Of a DNA stretch of 32,000 nt, positions 16,404 to 23,873 are shown piece by piece; position 1 is the first letter of the stretch, and every line of letters begins with the position of its first letter. The position numbers were made by a program, and so were the translations under genes. The notes beneath the pieces are model-generated. The model was given only the letters and a program-made list of their open reading frames with translations, searched no databases and was not told the DNA's origin. This DNA comes from Ruminococcus albus 7 = DSM 20455 (GTDB taxonomy: Bacteria > Bacillota > Clostridia > Oscillospirales > Ruminococcaceae), in NCBI RefSeq assembly GCF_000179635.2, contig NC_014833.1:1050001-1082000 (forward strand). Direction: 5' to 3'.

Positions 16404-17026
16404 TGAAAGGTCTGCTGGTAAAGGATATGCTGTATATCCGACAAAACTTGGGAATATTTGCATTATCTTTATTCGTGACGGTAATTTGTGCTGTTATTAC
16501 GGCGATCACGGGAAAGGTACCTGCGGGGATAGGTGTTGAGGCAACGGCATTCATAGGCATTCTTCCTATGGTGTTCATAGCGGACGACCGCCGTACGGGA
16601 TATGAAAAAATACTGGCATATGCCCCCATATCAAAGGATGATATGGTTAAGGCAAGATATCTGATGATGTTGGCATTGAGTCTGGCTGGCGGCTTAATAT
16701 TATCGCTGATACTGGGTATAGGCGCATGGATAGGTTCTGCACCTATGGGGAAAGTTTTGGCTGCGGCACTGTTGTTTATGACAACTATGCTCCTATTCTC
16801 GGCGTTATTCCTGCCGCTGGTATATTACTTCAAAAAATCAAACGCTGTAATGCTGATAGCGATGACAGTGAGCAGCTTCATAAGTATGGGTTCGGCGGTG
16901 ATACTGTTAAAAAAGCAGTTTGATGTATCAGCGGGTGCGGCGGCTGTGATGTTCGTGACAGCTTTGGTGATGACGGCAGTATCTTACGTGATATCGGTAA
17001 GGGTATTCAGAAAAACAGATATATGA
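16403..17026 (+). CDS. ABC-2 family transporter permease (paralog 1)
   Basis: The ATG overlaps the ATPase stop (TGATG). The MKGLLVKDMLYI N-terminus is typical of ABC-2 permeases in YtrA-type operons. About 6 hydrophobic segments. Confidence 0.8.
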   Translation: MKGLLVKDMLYIRQNLGIFALSLFVTVICAVITAITGKVPAGIGVEATAFIGILPMVFIADDRRTGYEKILAYAPISKDDMVKARYLMMLALSLAGGLILSLILGIGAWIGSAPMGKVLAAALLFMTTMLLFSALFLPLVYYFKKSNAVMLIAMTVSSFISMGSAVILLKKQFDVSAGAAAVMFVTALVMTAVSYVISVRVFRKTDI

Positions 17027-17053
17027 AAGAAATAAAAAGATGGTGATGATAAG

Positions 17054-17692
17054 ATGAAAGGTCTGCTTGTAAAGGAAAGGTACAGTTTATTTAACACCTG
17101 CAAAGTGTTTTTGCTGATACCCGTGGTGATAAATATAGCACTGATGATAGGGATAATGGTGAAAAGGCAGGAGATATCGGGTTTCCCTGTGGGACTTATA
17201 TTCGTGATGATGGGAATAATGCCTGCATCGGTAATAAATCAGGAGATGAGGAGCAACTGGCACGTCGGTGTGCTGACTATGCCCTACACCCGCACACAGA
17301 TAGTCAGCGCAAAGTACATAATAACACTGATAATAACACTGCTGACACTGCTGATGAATGCGGCTTGCCTGGGAGTATGTCTTGCATTCAGCAGCGGTCT
17401 CAGTGCTCATAACATTGTGGAGACAGCAAAGATACTTTTCAGCGGTATCGGCATGGGGCTTTTGCCTACGATAATAATAATGCCCCTGACCTTTAAGTTT
17501 TACGGCAACGGTGTAAGACTTATGGGTGCGTTGTTGGGCGGATTCATAGGCGGCTCGAATATGATGATAATGGAAAATGCACAGCACGGCGGGTTATTCG
17601 GGAACGGCTTTATCTTCATGTGTGTTACGATAGTTCTGTTCTTTATATCATGGGGGGTATCCATACTCCTTTTCAGAAAGAGGGATGTGTGA
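17054..17692 (+). CDS. ABC-2 family transporter permease (paralog 2)
   Basis: The MKGLLVKERYSLF N-terminus is paralogous to the upstream gene. Multiple TM segments. Confidence 0.8.
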   Translation: MKGLLVKERYSLFNTCKVFLLIPVVINIALMIGIMVKRQEISGFPVGLIFVMMGIMPASVINQEMRSNWHVGVLTMPYTRTQIVSAKYIITLIITLLTLLMNAACLGVCLAFSSGLSAHNIVETAKILFSGIGMGLLPTIIIMPLTFKFYGNGVRLMGALLGGFIGGSNMMIMENAQHGGLFGNGFIFMCVTIVLFFISWGVSILLFRKRDV

Positions 17693-18371
17693 TATGACAG
17701 GCAGTAAGATAAAGGGATTGCTTCTCAACGAATGGTACACCATAGGAAAGATGTTCATAGCTGTATGTGTTATGGTTATAGCAAGCCTTTTCGGCAGTTT
17801 ATGCATGGCAGCCGCTACGGGTGAAGCGGTGGTAGGATTTTCGTCGGTGACAGGCGGTATGGGTATTATGCTTCTGTCCTCGGGATTTTCATACGACAAC
17901 TGGAAGAGTATAGGTTCATTCAAGAAGTCGATGCCCTATTCTGACAGTGAGGTGGTACTGGTGAGGTTTCTGCCGCCTGTTATCATCGCAGCTGCGGAAG
18001 CTGTATTTACCCCGATAATGCTTACTATAGGCGGCATGATACATGGTGATCTCAGTGATGGCTTTGCAGGTCAGGCGGCATTTGTGACTGTTGTAAACGT
18101 ACTTTATACGGCAATACCCATGCTGATATTCTATCCGATGTTTTTTAAGTACAACTATCAGAAAGTGCAGACGATCTTTGGTCTTTTGGGCGGTCTGGCA
18201 GTTGCGAGTTCGGTGGTGCTTTCAGCGTGGAACCTGGATAAAAGTTCGGATAAGTTTACGCTTATCAGTATGCCTGTGCCTGTATGCGTTATCATTATCG
18301 CGGTAGTTGCGGTGCTGATAGTTGTGGCTTACAAAGTATCAGTGGCAGGATATTCAAAGAGAGATGACTGA
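17685..18371 (+). CDS. ABC-2 family transporter permease-like membrane protein (paralog 3; start may be ATG 17694)
   Basis: KIKGLLLNEWYTIGK is a related N-terminal motif. Multiple TM segments. ATG 17685 overlaps the upstream stop. ATG 17694 has better spacing to GAGGG. Confidence 0.75.
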   Translation: MCDMTGSKIKGLLLNEWYTIGKMFIAVCVMVIASLFGSLCMAAATGEAVVGFSSVTGGMGIMLLSSGFSYDNWKSIGSFKKSMPYSDSEVVLVRFLPPVIIAAAEAVFTPIMLTIGGMIHGDLSDGFAGQAAFVTVVNVLYTAIPMLIFYPMFFKYNYQKVQTIFGLLGGLAVASSVVLSAWNLDKSSDKFTLISMPVPVCVIIIAVVAVLIVVAYKVSVAGYSKRDD

Positions 18372-18389
18372 TGCGTATATAATAAATGA

Positions 18390-18436
18390 CTGCTGTTGTC
18401 CGATGGTGCTGCGGACGGCAGCGGTCTTTTGTTTTG
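18390..18436 (+). terminator. Rho-independent terminator of the ABC-2 operon
   Basis: A 13-bp stem (three G-U pairs) forms between CTGCTGTTGTCCG (18390-18402) and CGGACGGCAGCGG (18412-18424). It is followed by TCTTTTGTTTT. Confidence 0.7.
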
Positions 18437-18472
18437 GAAGAAGCGGCGGTATAGTTGCATATATGATTATTA

Positions 18473-18501
18473 TTGACAAATCTGCACAAAAATGATATAA
18501 T
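18473..18501 (+). promoter_or_regulatory. Consensus sigma-70 promoter for the acyP operon
   Basis: TTGACA (18473-18478), a 17-nt spacer, then TATAAT (18496-18501). Confidence 0.7.
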
Positions 18502-18551
18502 GATCATATCAGAGTTTTACGTTTTATTCACAACAACAGGCGGTGCGGTAA

Positions 18552-18821
18552 ATGGAAAAGATAAGGAAACATATAATATTCCGTGGCAGTGTACAGGGGG
18601 TTGGATTCAGGTATACTGCATACTACGCTGCACAGCAGTACGGTGTATCGGGCTGGGTGAGAAATCTTTATGACGGCTCGGTAGAGGCTGAGTTTGAAGG
18701 TACGCAAGCCGATATTGACAGCACTGTAGCTTGTATAGACAACGGAAGATTCATTCGTATAGAAAGTATGGAGGTAGAACGTATACCAACTGAGGGCGGC
18801 TCTGTGTTCAGTATTCGATAA
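18552..18821 (+). CDS. acyP: Acylphosphatase
   Basis: 89 aa. VQGVGFRY and GWVRNLYDGSVE are the two acylphosphatase signature motifs. Confidence 0.88.
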   Translation: MEKIRKHIIFRGSVQGVGFRYTAYYAAQQYGVSGWVRNLYDGSVEAEFEGTQADIDSTVACIDNGRFIRIESMEVERIPTEGGSVFSIR

Positions 18822-18839
18822 AAAGGGAGCATACGGACT

Positions 18840-19784
18840 ATGAAAAAAATAAATATAAACAAACTCAACGGCAAGGTGGCAGAACAGGGCGCATATATCG
18901 GTGAGTGCAACGAAAAGTACGAAAAGAAGCTTCGCCGTGCTGCGGAAAAGATAGCTGATGAGCACAGGGAACGTCCTATAATTCTGCTGGCAGGACCTTC
19001 GGGCTCATGCAAGACTACCACTGCGCTTAAAATAGATAATATGCTGGATACAATGGGGATACATACCCATACTATCTCCATGGATGATTATTTTCTGCCT
19101 AAGGGATATTTTGAGCATATAGTCAATGAGGACGGCACACCCGATTACGAATCTCCCATGCGGATAGATATCACCAAGCTCAATGAGCACATGGAGAAGA
19201 TATCCAGATGTGAGGAAGTGATCATACCCAAGTTCAATTTTGCGGAGCAGTCATCATCGGACGGTTTCCCTTTCAAGCGCGGAAATGATGATATCATAGT
19301 ATTCGAGGGCATCCATGCGCTTAATCCTCAGGTGACGGGCGGTGCAGGCGATTTCGCAAGATGTATGTACGTAAGTGTCAGGACACGTATAGAGCTTCAG
19401 GACGGCACACTTGTACATCCTTCCATGATAAGGCTCATGAGGAGGATAATCCGCGATGAGAGGTCTAGGGGCAGACAGCCTGCGGATACGATGGATATGT
19501 TTAAGAATGTTTCACGCGGAGAGGAGCGTTACATACTGCCCTTCAAGTACCGTGCCGAGGAGGAGAAGGACTTCTCGCTGGATACATACATAGGCTATGA
19601 GCCTGCGGCATACAAGGGATTGCTGCTGGAAAAGATGAGGGATGTAAGCAAGACCTACAAGGATTTTGACAAGTACAAGAGCATCCTCGGGCTGCTGGAA
19701 GAGGTAGACCCCATAGATACTGAGCTTATCGGAAATGACTGCCTGGTGAGAGAGTTCCTGGGCGGCAGCATATACACAGACTAG
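18840..19784 (+). CDS. Uridine kinase/phosphoribulokinase-family P-loop nucleoside kinase-like protein
   Basis: P-loop GPSGSCKTTT. Udk-like VFEGIHALN and RRIIRDERSRGR (compare the Udk RRxxRDxxERGR lid motif). The N-terminal extension is unassigned. Confidence 0.7.
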   Translation: MKKININKLNGKVAEQGAYIGECNEKYEKKLRRAAEKIADEHRERPIILLAGPSGSCKTTTALKIDNMLDTMGIHTHTISMDDYFLPKGYFEHIVNEDGTPDYESPMRIDITKLNEHMEKISRCEEVIIPKFNFAEQSSSDGFPFKRGNDDIIVFEGIHALNPQVTGGAGDFARCMYVSVRTRIELQDGTLVHPSMIRLMRRIIRDERSRGRQPADTMDMFKNVSRGEERYILPFKYRAEEEKDFSLDTYIGYEPAAYKGLLLEKMRDVSKTYKDFDKYKSILGLLEEVDPIDTELIGNDCLVREFLGGSIYTD

Positions 19785-19794
19785 GCGGTGCGTA

Positions 19795-20277
19795 ATGATA
19801 GGCAGACTGCTTAAACGTGAGGAATGTGCTGAGTGCAGGCTTTGCTGCTGCTTTGACAGCTATGACCTGTGGGAAACACCGATCATTGAAAAGGACATAC
19901 ATGACAGGATACTCAGTGAGTTCAAGCCTGATCAGGATTTCCTTGACCTGGAGGATCACTATCTGCTGAAAATGCAGAAGGAGCCTGACAGGGATCTGTA
20001 TTACTGTTCGCTGCTGGATCACGGAAAGGGCTGCGTAATGGGTACGGAAAAGCCTTTTGACTGCAGGATATGGCCGTTCCGTGTCATGGACTTCAAAGGG
20101 ACGAGAGTTATAGTACTATCGACGGTATGCCCTGTGGTGCAGACAAGACCGCTGTGTGAGATACAGGCGGTGGCGAAGGAGCTTGCTCCGCAGATATTCG
20201 CTTATGCGGACAGAGCGCCTTTCGCGGTGAAAAAATATATCAGCGGCTATCCCATAATGGTCGCGGAGGAGTGTTGA
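19795..20277 (+). CDS. YkgJ-family (CxxCxxCC) cysteine-cluster protein
   Basis: N-terminal CAECRLCCC cluster, plus downstream C...C residues (YYCSLLDHGKGC, FDCRIWPF) typical of the Fe-S/zinc-binding YkgJ/UPF0153 family. Confidence 0.7.
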   Translation: MIGRLLKREECAECRLCCCFDSYDLWETPIIEKDIHDRILSEFKPDQDFLDLEDHYLLKMQKEPDRDLYYCSLLDHGKGCVMGTEKPFDCRIWPFRVMDFKGTRVIVLSTVCPVVQTRPLCEIQAVAKELAPQIFAYADRAPFAVKKYISGYPIMVAEEC

Positions 20278-20279
20278 AA

Positions 20280-21314
20280 ATGACTGAGATAGATGTTGCC
20301 TGCCCCATGTGCGGAGATATCAACCGTGTAGACGGCGGACTTTCCGCTGCGGTATGCCAGAGCTGCGGTGCGGCTTTTGCTGTGCCCATGCAGAAGGCTG
20401 ATATATTCATACCGCAGCAGGAACCTGTGAATGAATGCCCTGAATTTGCGGTTCGTGCGGGAGTCCTTGAAAGCTACAACGGAAATGATCCTGTGGTGTA
20501 TGTACCCGATGGTATAACCGCCATAGGCGCACAGGCTTTCAAGGACAAGGTGAATATCCACAGGGTAGTACTCCCCGAGGGCGTGACGGAGATACAGAGC
20601 GCCGGCAGCGGTATGTGGGGCGCATTTTTCGGATGTACCTCACTTGAAAGTGTTGAGCTGCCGAATAGTCTGACAAGGATAGGCTCGAATGCGTTCAACG
20701 GCTGTGTAAAGCTGGCAGGCATTGATCTTCCTGACGCGGTATCGCAGATAGGTGCGGGGGCATTCAACGGCTGTACGGATCTGTCATCGGTGAAGCTTCC
20801 AAAAAGTCTGCGTGAACTGAGCAACGATATTTTCCGCGGCTGTGTTTCGCTGACGGGTATAAAGCTGAACGGCAATATAAAGAATATCGGCAGCAACGCC
20901 TTTGCGGACTGCAGAGAACTGCGCGGACTGACCATACCACCCGGAATAAAGACAATAGGTGCGTATGCGTTCTCGGGATGCTACGGACTTACGGACATAC
21001 TTCTGCCCGGTACGGTGATATCGCTGGGAGCATCGGCATTTACTGAATGCCGCAATCTTTCGGTGATAACTGTTCCTGCATCTATAGAAACCTTTGAGAA
21101 TGACGGTGCAGGTGTCAGGACGTTTGCAGGATGCAGTTCGCTGCGAAGGGTGAATATGGGCAAGCTGCCGCCTAATTATATGGATGTATTTGCAACTACT
21201 CCGTGGCTCGATGAATTTCTGGTGAAGCAGGGTCTTTGCAGACACTGCGGCGGACAGTTCAAGGGAGTATTCAAAAAGACCTGTTCGGTATGCGGTCTGC
21301 CTAAGGACTACTGA
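20280..21314 (+). CDS. Leucine-rich-repeat (BspA-like LRR) protein flanked by N- and C-terminal zinc ribbons
   Basis: GGAGGAG lies 8 nt upstream of ATG 20280; the track start at 20271 is a GTG overlapping ykgJ. N-terminal motif CPMCG...CQSCG and C-terminal motif CRHCG...CSVCG. There are about 8 repeats of about 23 aa of the form LPxxVxxIGxxAFxGCxxLxxI. No signal peptide is visible. Confidence 0.8.
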   Translation: MTEIDVACPMCGDINRVDGGLSAAVCQSCGAAFAVPMQKADIFIPQQEPVNECPEFAVRAGVLESYNGNDPVVYVPDGITAIGAQAFKDKVNIHRVVLPEGVTEIQSAGSGMWGAFFGCTSLESVELPNSLTRIGSNAFNGCVKLAGIDLPDAVSQIGAGAFNGCTDLSSVKLPKSLRELSNDIFRGCVSLTGIKLNGNIKNIGSNAFADCRELRGLTIPPGIKTIGAYAFSGCYGLTDILLPGTVISLGASAFTECRNLSVITVPASIETFENDGAGVRTFAGCSSLRRVNMGKLPPNYMDVFATTPWLDEFLVKQGLCRHCGGQFKGVFKKTCSVCGLPKDY

Positions 21315-21315
21315 T

Positions 21316-22002
21316 ATGGATATACGTCACGAGCTGGAGGAGCTTGCGGATAAGGAGTACCGTGATTTTCAGGGCAAGCTGCTGCCGGATGTACCCGATG
21401 AAAAATTCCTCGGTGTGCGCACTCCCGATATAAGGAAACTTGCCAAAAGGCTTATAAAAAGCGGTGAAGCTGACAGCTTTATGAACAATCTGCCCCATGA
21501 ACTTTTTGACGAAAATCAGCTGCATTCACTGACAGTTACCGAGATAAAGGACTTTGGAAAAGCCCTTGATGAGGTGGAAAGATTTCTGCCCTATGTGGAT
21601 AACTGGGCTACCTGCGATCAGATGAACCCAAAAAGCTTCAAGGGCAGGCAGGAGGAACTTCTTGCGCACATAAAACGCTGGATAGAAAGCGGCAGGTGCT
21701 ACACGGTGCGCTTTGGCATGAAAATGCTGATGATGCATTTCCTTGGCGGTGATTTCAGGAAGGAGTACCTGGGGTGGGTAGCTGAAGTGCAGTCTGAGGA
21801 ATACTATGTTAAGATGATGCAGGCATGGTTCTTTGCAGAGGCACTCGCGCTGCAGTACGATGCTGCGCTGCCATATATAACGGAAGGAAAGCTCGGTATA
21901 TGGGTGAGCAATAAAGCCATACAAAAAGCAAGGGAGAGCCTGAAGATACCGGATTACAGGAAGGCATATCTTTTGGGCTTCAAGCGGAAAATGCCCAAAT
22001 AG
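21316..22002 (+). CDS. DNA alkylation repair enzyme family protein (AlkD-like HEAT-repeat protein)
   Basis: ELEELADKEYRDFQGKLLP...LGVRTPDIRKLAKRL and WATCD match the pattern remembered for the AlkC/AlkD-like 'DNA alkylation repair enzyme' family. About 228 aa, all-helical. Confidence 0.7.
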   Translation: MDIRHELEELADKEYRDFQGKLLPDVPDEKFLGVRTPDIRKLAKRLIKSGEADSFMNNLPHELFDENQLHSLTVTEIKDFGKALDEVERFLPYVDNWATCDQMNPKSFKGRQEELLAHIKRWIESGRCYTVRFGMKMLMMHFLGGDFRKEYLGWVAEVQSEEYYVKMMQAWFFAEALALQYDAALPYITEGKLGIWVSNKAIQKARESLKIPDYRKAYLLGFKRKMPK

Positions 22003-22040
22003 AACTTATAACCGGTGAGTAAATTTCTGTAAAAATGACA

Positions 22041-22069
22041 TTGACAATTCTTACGGGATATGTTAAAAT
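22041..22069 (+). promoter_or_regulatory. Promoter-like element upstream of the AraC-type regulator
   Basis: TTGACA (22041-22046), a 17-nt spacer, then TAAAAT (22064-22069). Confidence 0.45.
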
Positions 22070-22094
22070 AATAATACTATAAGATAAGTATGGC

Positions 22095-22138
22095 AAAGAC
22101 GCTGTAATATGATATTACGGCGTCTTTGTCTTTTTTTT
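22095..22138 (+). terminator. Rho-independent terminator (end of the acyP-alkD operon and/or attenuator for the downstream regulator)
   Basis: AAAGACGCTGTAATAT-GA-TATTACGGCGTCTTT is a long stem with one mismatch. It is followed by GTCTTTTTTTT and ends 2 nt before the GGAGGTGAGGGG RBS of the next gene. Confidence 0.8.
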
Positions 22139-22152
22139 GCGGAGGTGAGGGG

Positions 22153-22914
22153 ATGACAGCCCCGATAAAAGTTCTGCTGGCGGAAAGCGATACCGTCAGG
22201 CTGAAGCGATATAAGTCGATGTCCCTGTGGAGAGAACTGGGGATGTCGGCTGAAAATACGGCATCTACAGCTTATGAAGCTGTGAAGATACTGGATAATG
22301 AGGAAATAGGTCTTGTGGTAGCGGTAGACCGTCCGCCTGTGAGCAGTGCGGATATCGTACTTAAAAAATGTGCAGAAAAGGGTATACCTGCAGTGGTCAT
22401 AGTGCCGCGCACAGAGGGTGCGGGAATAGGCAGGTATTTCTCAATGGGAGCCTGTGATGTGATAGCAGAGCCGCCCTCTCGCACAAGGCTTCGCCATGCA
22501 CTGATGACAGCACGGCGCTATACGTTAAAGGATCAGGCAGGGGAGGAATACTGCCGCGCTGCCGAAAAAGCTTTTGCGGTACTGAAACGCGGAGATCAGG
22601 GGTTCATATCAAAGCTGAAGGAGCTGATAGTCCGCAGTGAGGGCGAAACGGTTACTACGGGAGCGGCGGCGGAGTACTTCAGGTTCAACCGTGACTATTT
22701 CGGCAAGCTTTTCAAGCAGGAGACCGGTATGACCTTTAACAGCTTTTACAACAACTTCCGTATAGAGTACGCCAAGGAGCTGCTGGGAACAGGCAGGCTT
22801 AGGGTATGTGAGATCAGCGAACTGCTGGGCTTTTCATCGGTGGATTATTTTACGGGAGTATTCAGGCGGCAGACGGGTCTTACGCCAACAGGTTACCGCG
22901 CTGCCTGTCAATAG
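22153..22914 (+). CDS. AraC-family transcriptional regulator with a degenerate N-terminal receiver-like domain
   Basis: GGAGGTGAGGGG precedes ATG 22153 (MTAPIKVLLAESD...). C-terminal AraC HTH: FNSFYNNFRIEYAKELL...ISELLGFSSVDYFTGVFRRQTGLTPTGYR. The N-terminal 120 aa have receiver-like topology. Confidence 0.8.
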   Translation: MTAPIKVLLAESDTVRLKRYKSMSLWRELGMSAENTASTAYEAVKILDNEEIGLVVAVDRPPVSSADIVLKKCAEKGIPAVVIVPRTEGAGIGRYFSMGACDVIAEPPSRTRLRHALMTARRYTLKDQAGEEYCRAAEKAFAVLKRGDQGFISKLKELIVRSEGETVTTGAAAEYFRFNRDYFGKLFKQETGMTFNSFYNNFRIEYAKELLGTGRLRVCEISELLGFSSVDYFTGVFRRQTGLTPTGYRAACQ

Positions 22915-22974
22915 TTAATAATTGGAAAAAAATCTTCCGCCGACTGTTTTAGAGCAAGACAGAAGACTGTTATA

Positions 22975-23020
22975 ATAAAAAACGAGTCCCATGCCGCAAG
23001 CAGGGACTCGTATATTTTTA
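22975..23020. terminator. Bidirectional terminator between the convergent araC-type and NUDIX genes
   Basis: ACGAGTCCC (22982-22990) pairs with GGGACTCGT (23003-23011). An A-run lies upstream and ATATTTTT downstream. Confidence 0.75.
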
Positions 23021-23422
23021 AATAATGAATTTTTTTGCCTTATTTACGATGCTTCTGTCGTTCTCGTAGGCGAGCACCTGGCTGCAGCGGTCGATCTCGA
23101 CCCAGCGAATCTCGGAGATCTCGTCCTCCTGAGGGCGGTAATCGGTGTTTTTGGCTTTGCCGATGAAATACACCACGATCTTCTGAGTATCCTTGCGCGG
23201 CGAATAAGACACTATCTCACGGAACGTGGTGTCAAGGTTGACTTCGATGCCTGTCTCCTCGAAGATCTCACGCTTGGCGGTCTCCTCCTCAGTCTCGTCA
23301 CCCTCAACATGGCCTTTCGGGAAAGACCAGTGTCCGCTGTTGATGTGCTTTATCAGCAATATTTCCGTGTTGCCGTGGTACTTGCGGTACACAATGGCGC
23401 CACAGGATTTTTCATGCAGCAT
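23018..23422 (-). CDS. NUDIX hydrolase
   Basis: Complete NUDIX box GHVEGDETEEETAKREIFEETGI (Gx5Ex7REUxEExGU). The likely start is MLHEKSCGAIVY at 23422, preceded by GGAAG. The track start at 23488 adds an unlikely extension. Confidence 0.88.
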   Translation of the reverse strand: MLHEKSCGAIVYRKYHGNTEILLIKHINSGHWSFPKGHVEGDETEEETAKREIFEETGIEVNLDTTFREIVSYSPRKDTQKIVVYFIGKAKNTDYRPQEDEISEIRWVEIDRCSQVLAYENDRSIVNKAKKFII

Positions 23423-23492
23423 TATCCAGCTTCCTTTCTTTGCGAGCCTGCCCCATGCGCCAATGAAGCAGCTCCTTAGATATATCACACTA

Positions 23493-23521
23493 ATTATACC
23501 ACATATGTGACGATTTGTCTA
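23493..23521 (-). promoter_or_regulatory. Promoter for the NUDIX gene
   Basis: On the - strand: TAGACA, a 17-nt spacer, then TATAAT preceded by TGG (extended -10). On the + strand these appear as ATTATA 23493-23498 and TGTCTA 23516-23521. Confidence 0.55.
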
Positions 23522-23775
23522 TACCTATCTTCAAAATTATTCACAAAAATCCCCTTTGAAGCAAGGCGAAATGACATGGAGGGAGATACGGATATCCCGA
23601 AAAATTAAGCTTTAACTGTATTTTATGTTAAAATTGATGATAACAATTTATAAAAGTTAATTAAATTAAAGTATAGCAGAGGTATCACAGCTATTAATAA
23701 TTAAATTCTTTTTTTGATTTATCAGTTTTGCACATTTACACTAAAAAATGAGGTGCAAATTCTCCAAAAAATTAA

Positions 23776-23804
23776 TTGACTTGTTAGGTTTTGTGTGCTA
23801 TAAT
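23776..23804 (+). promoter_or_regulatory. Promoter for the surface-protein gene at 23874
   Basis: TTGACT (23776-23781), a 17-nt spacer, then TATAAT (23799-23804). The 7-bp inverted repeat TTTGCAC...GTGCAAA (about 23726-23760) lies just upstream. Confidence 0.6.
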
Positions 23805-23873
23805 ATAACATAACTAAAAGCGTGTTAATTAATTGTGATTGGTTTATGAATTTTACCGAAGGGTTGTGGTACT

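Noticed and set aside
22991-23510. + strand ORFs 22991..23479 (162 aa) and 23226..23510 (94 aa)
   Set aside because: Both are antisense shadows of the NUDIX hydrolase gene, which carries a complete NUDIX box. The + strand ORFs have no RBS or recognisable motifs.
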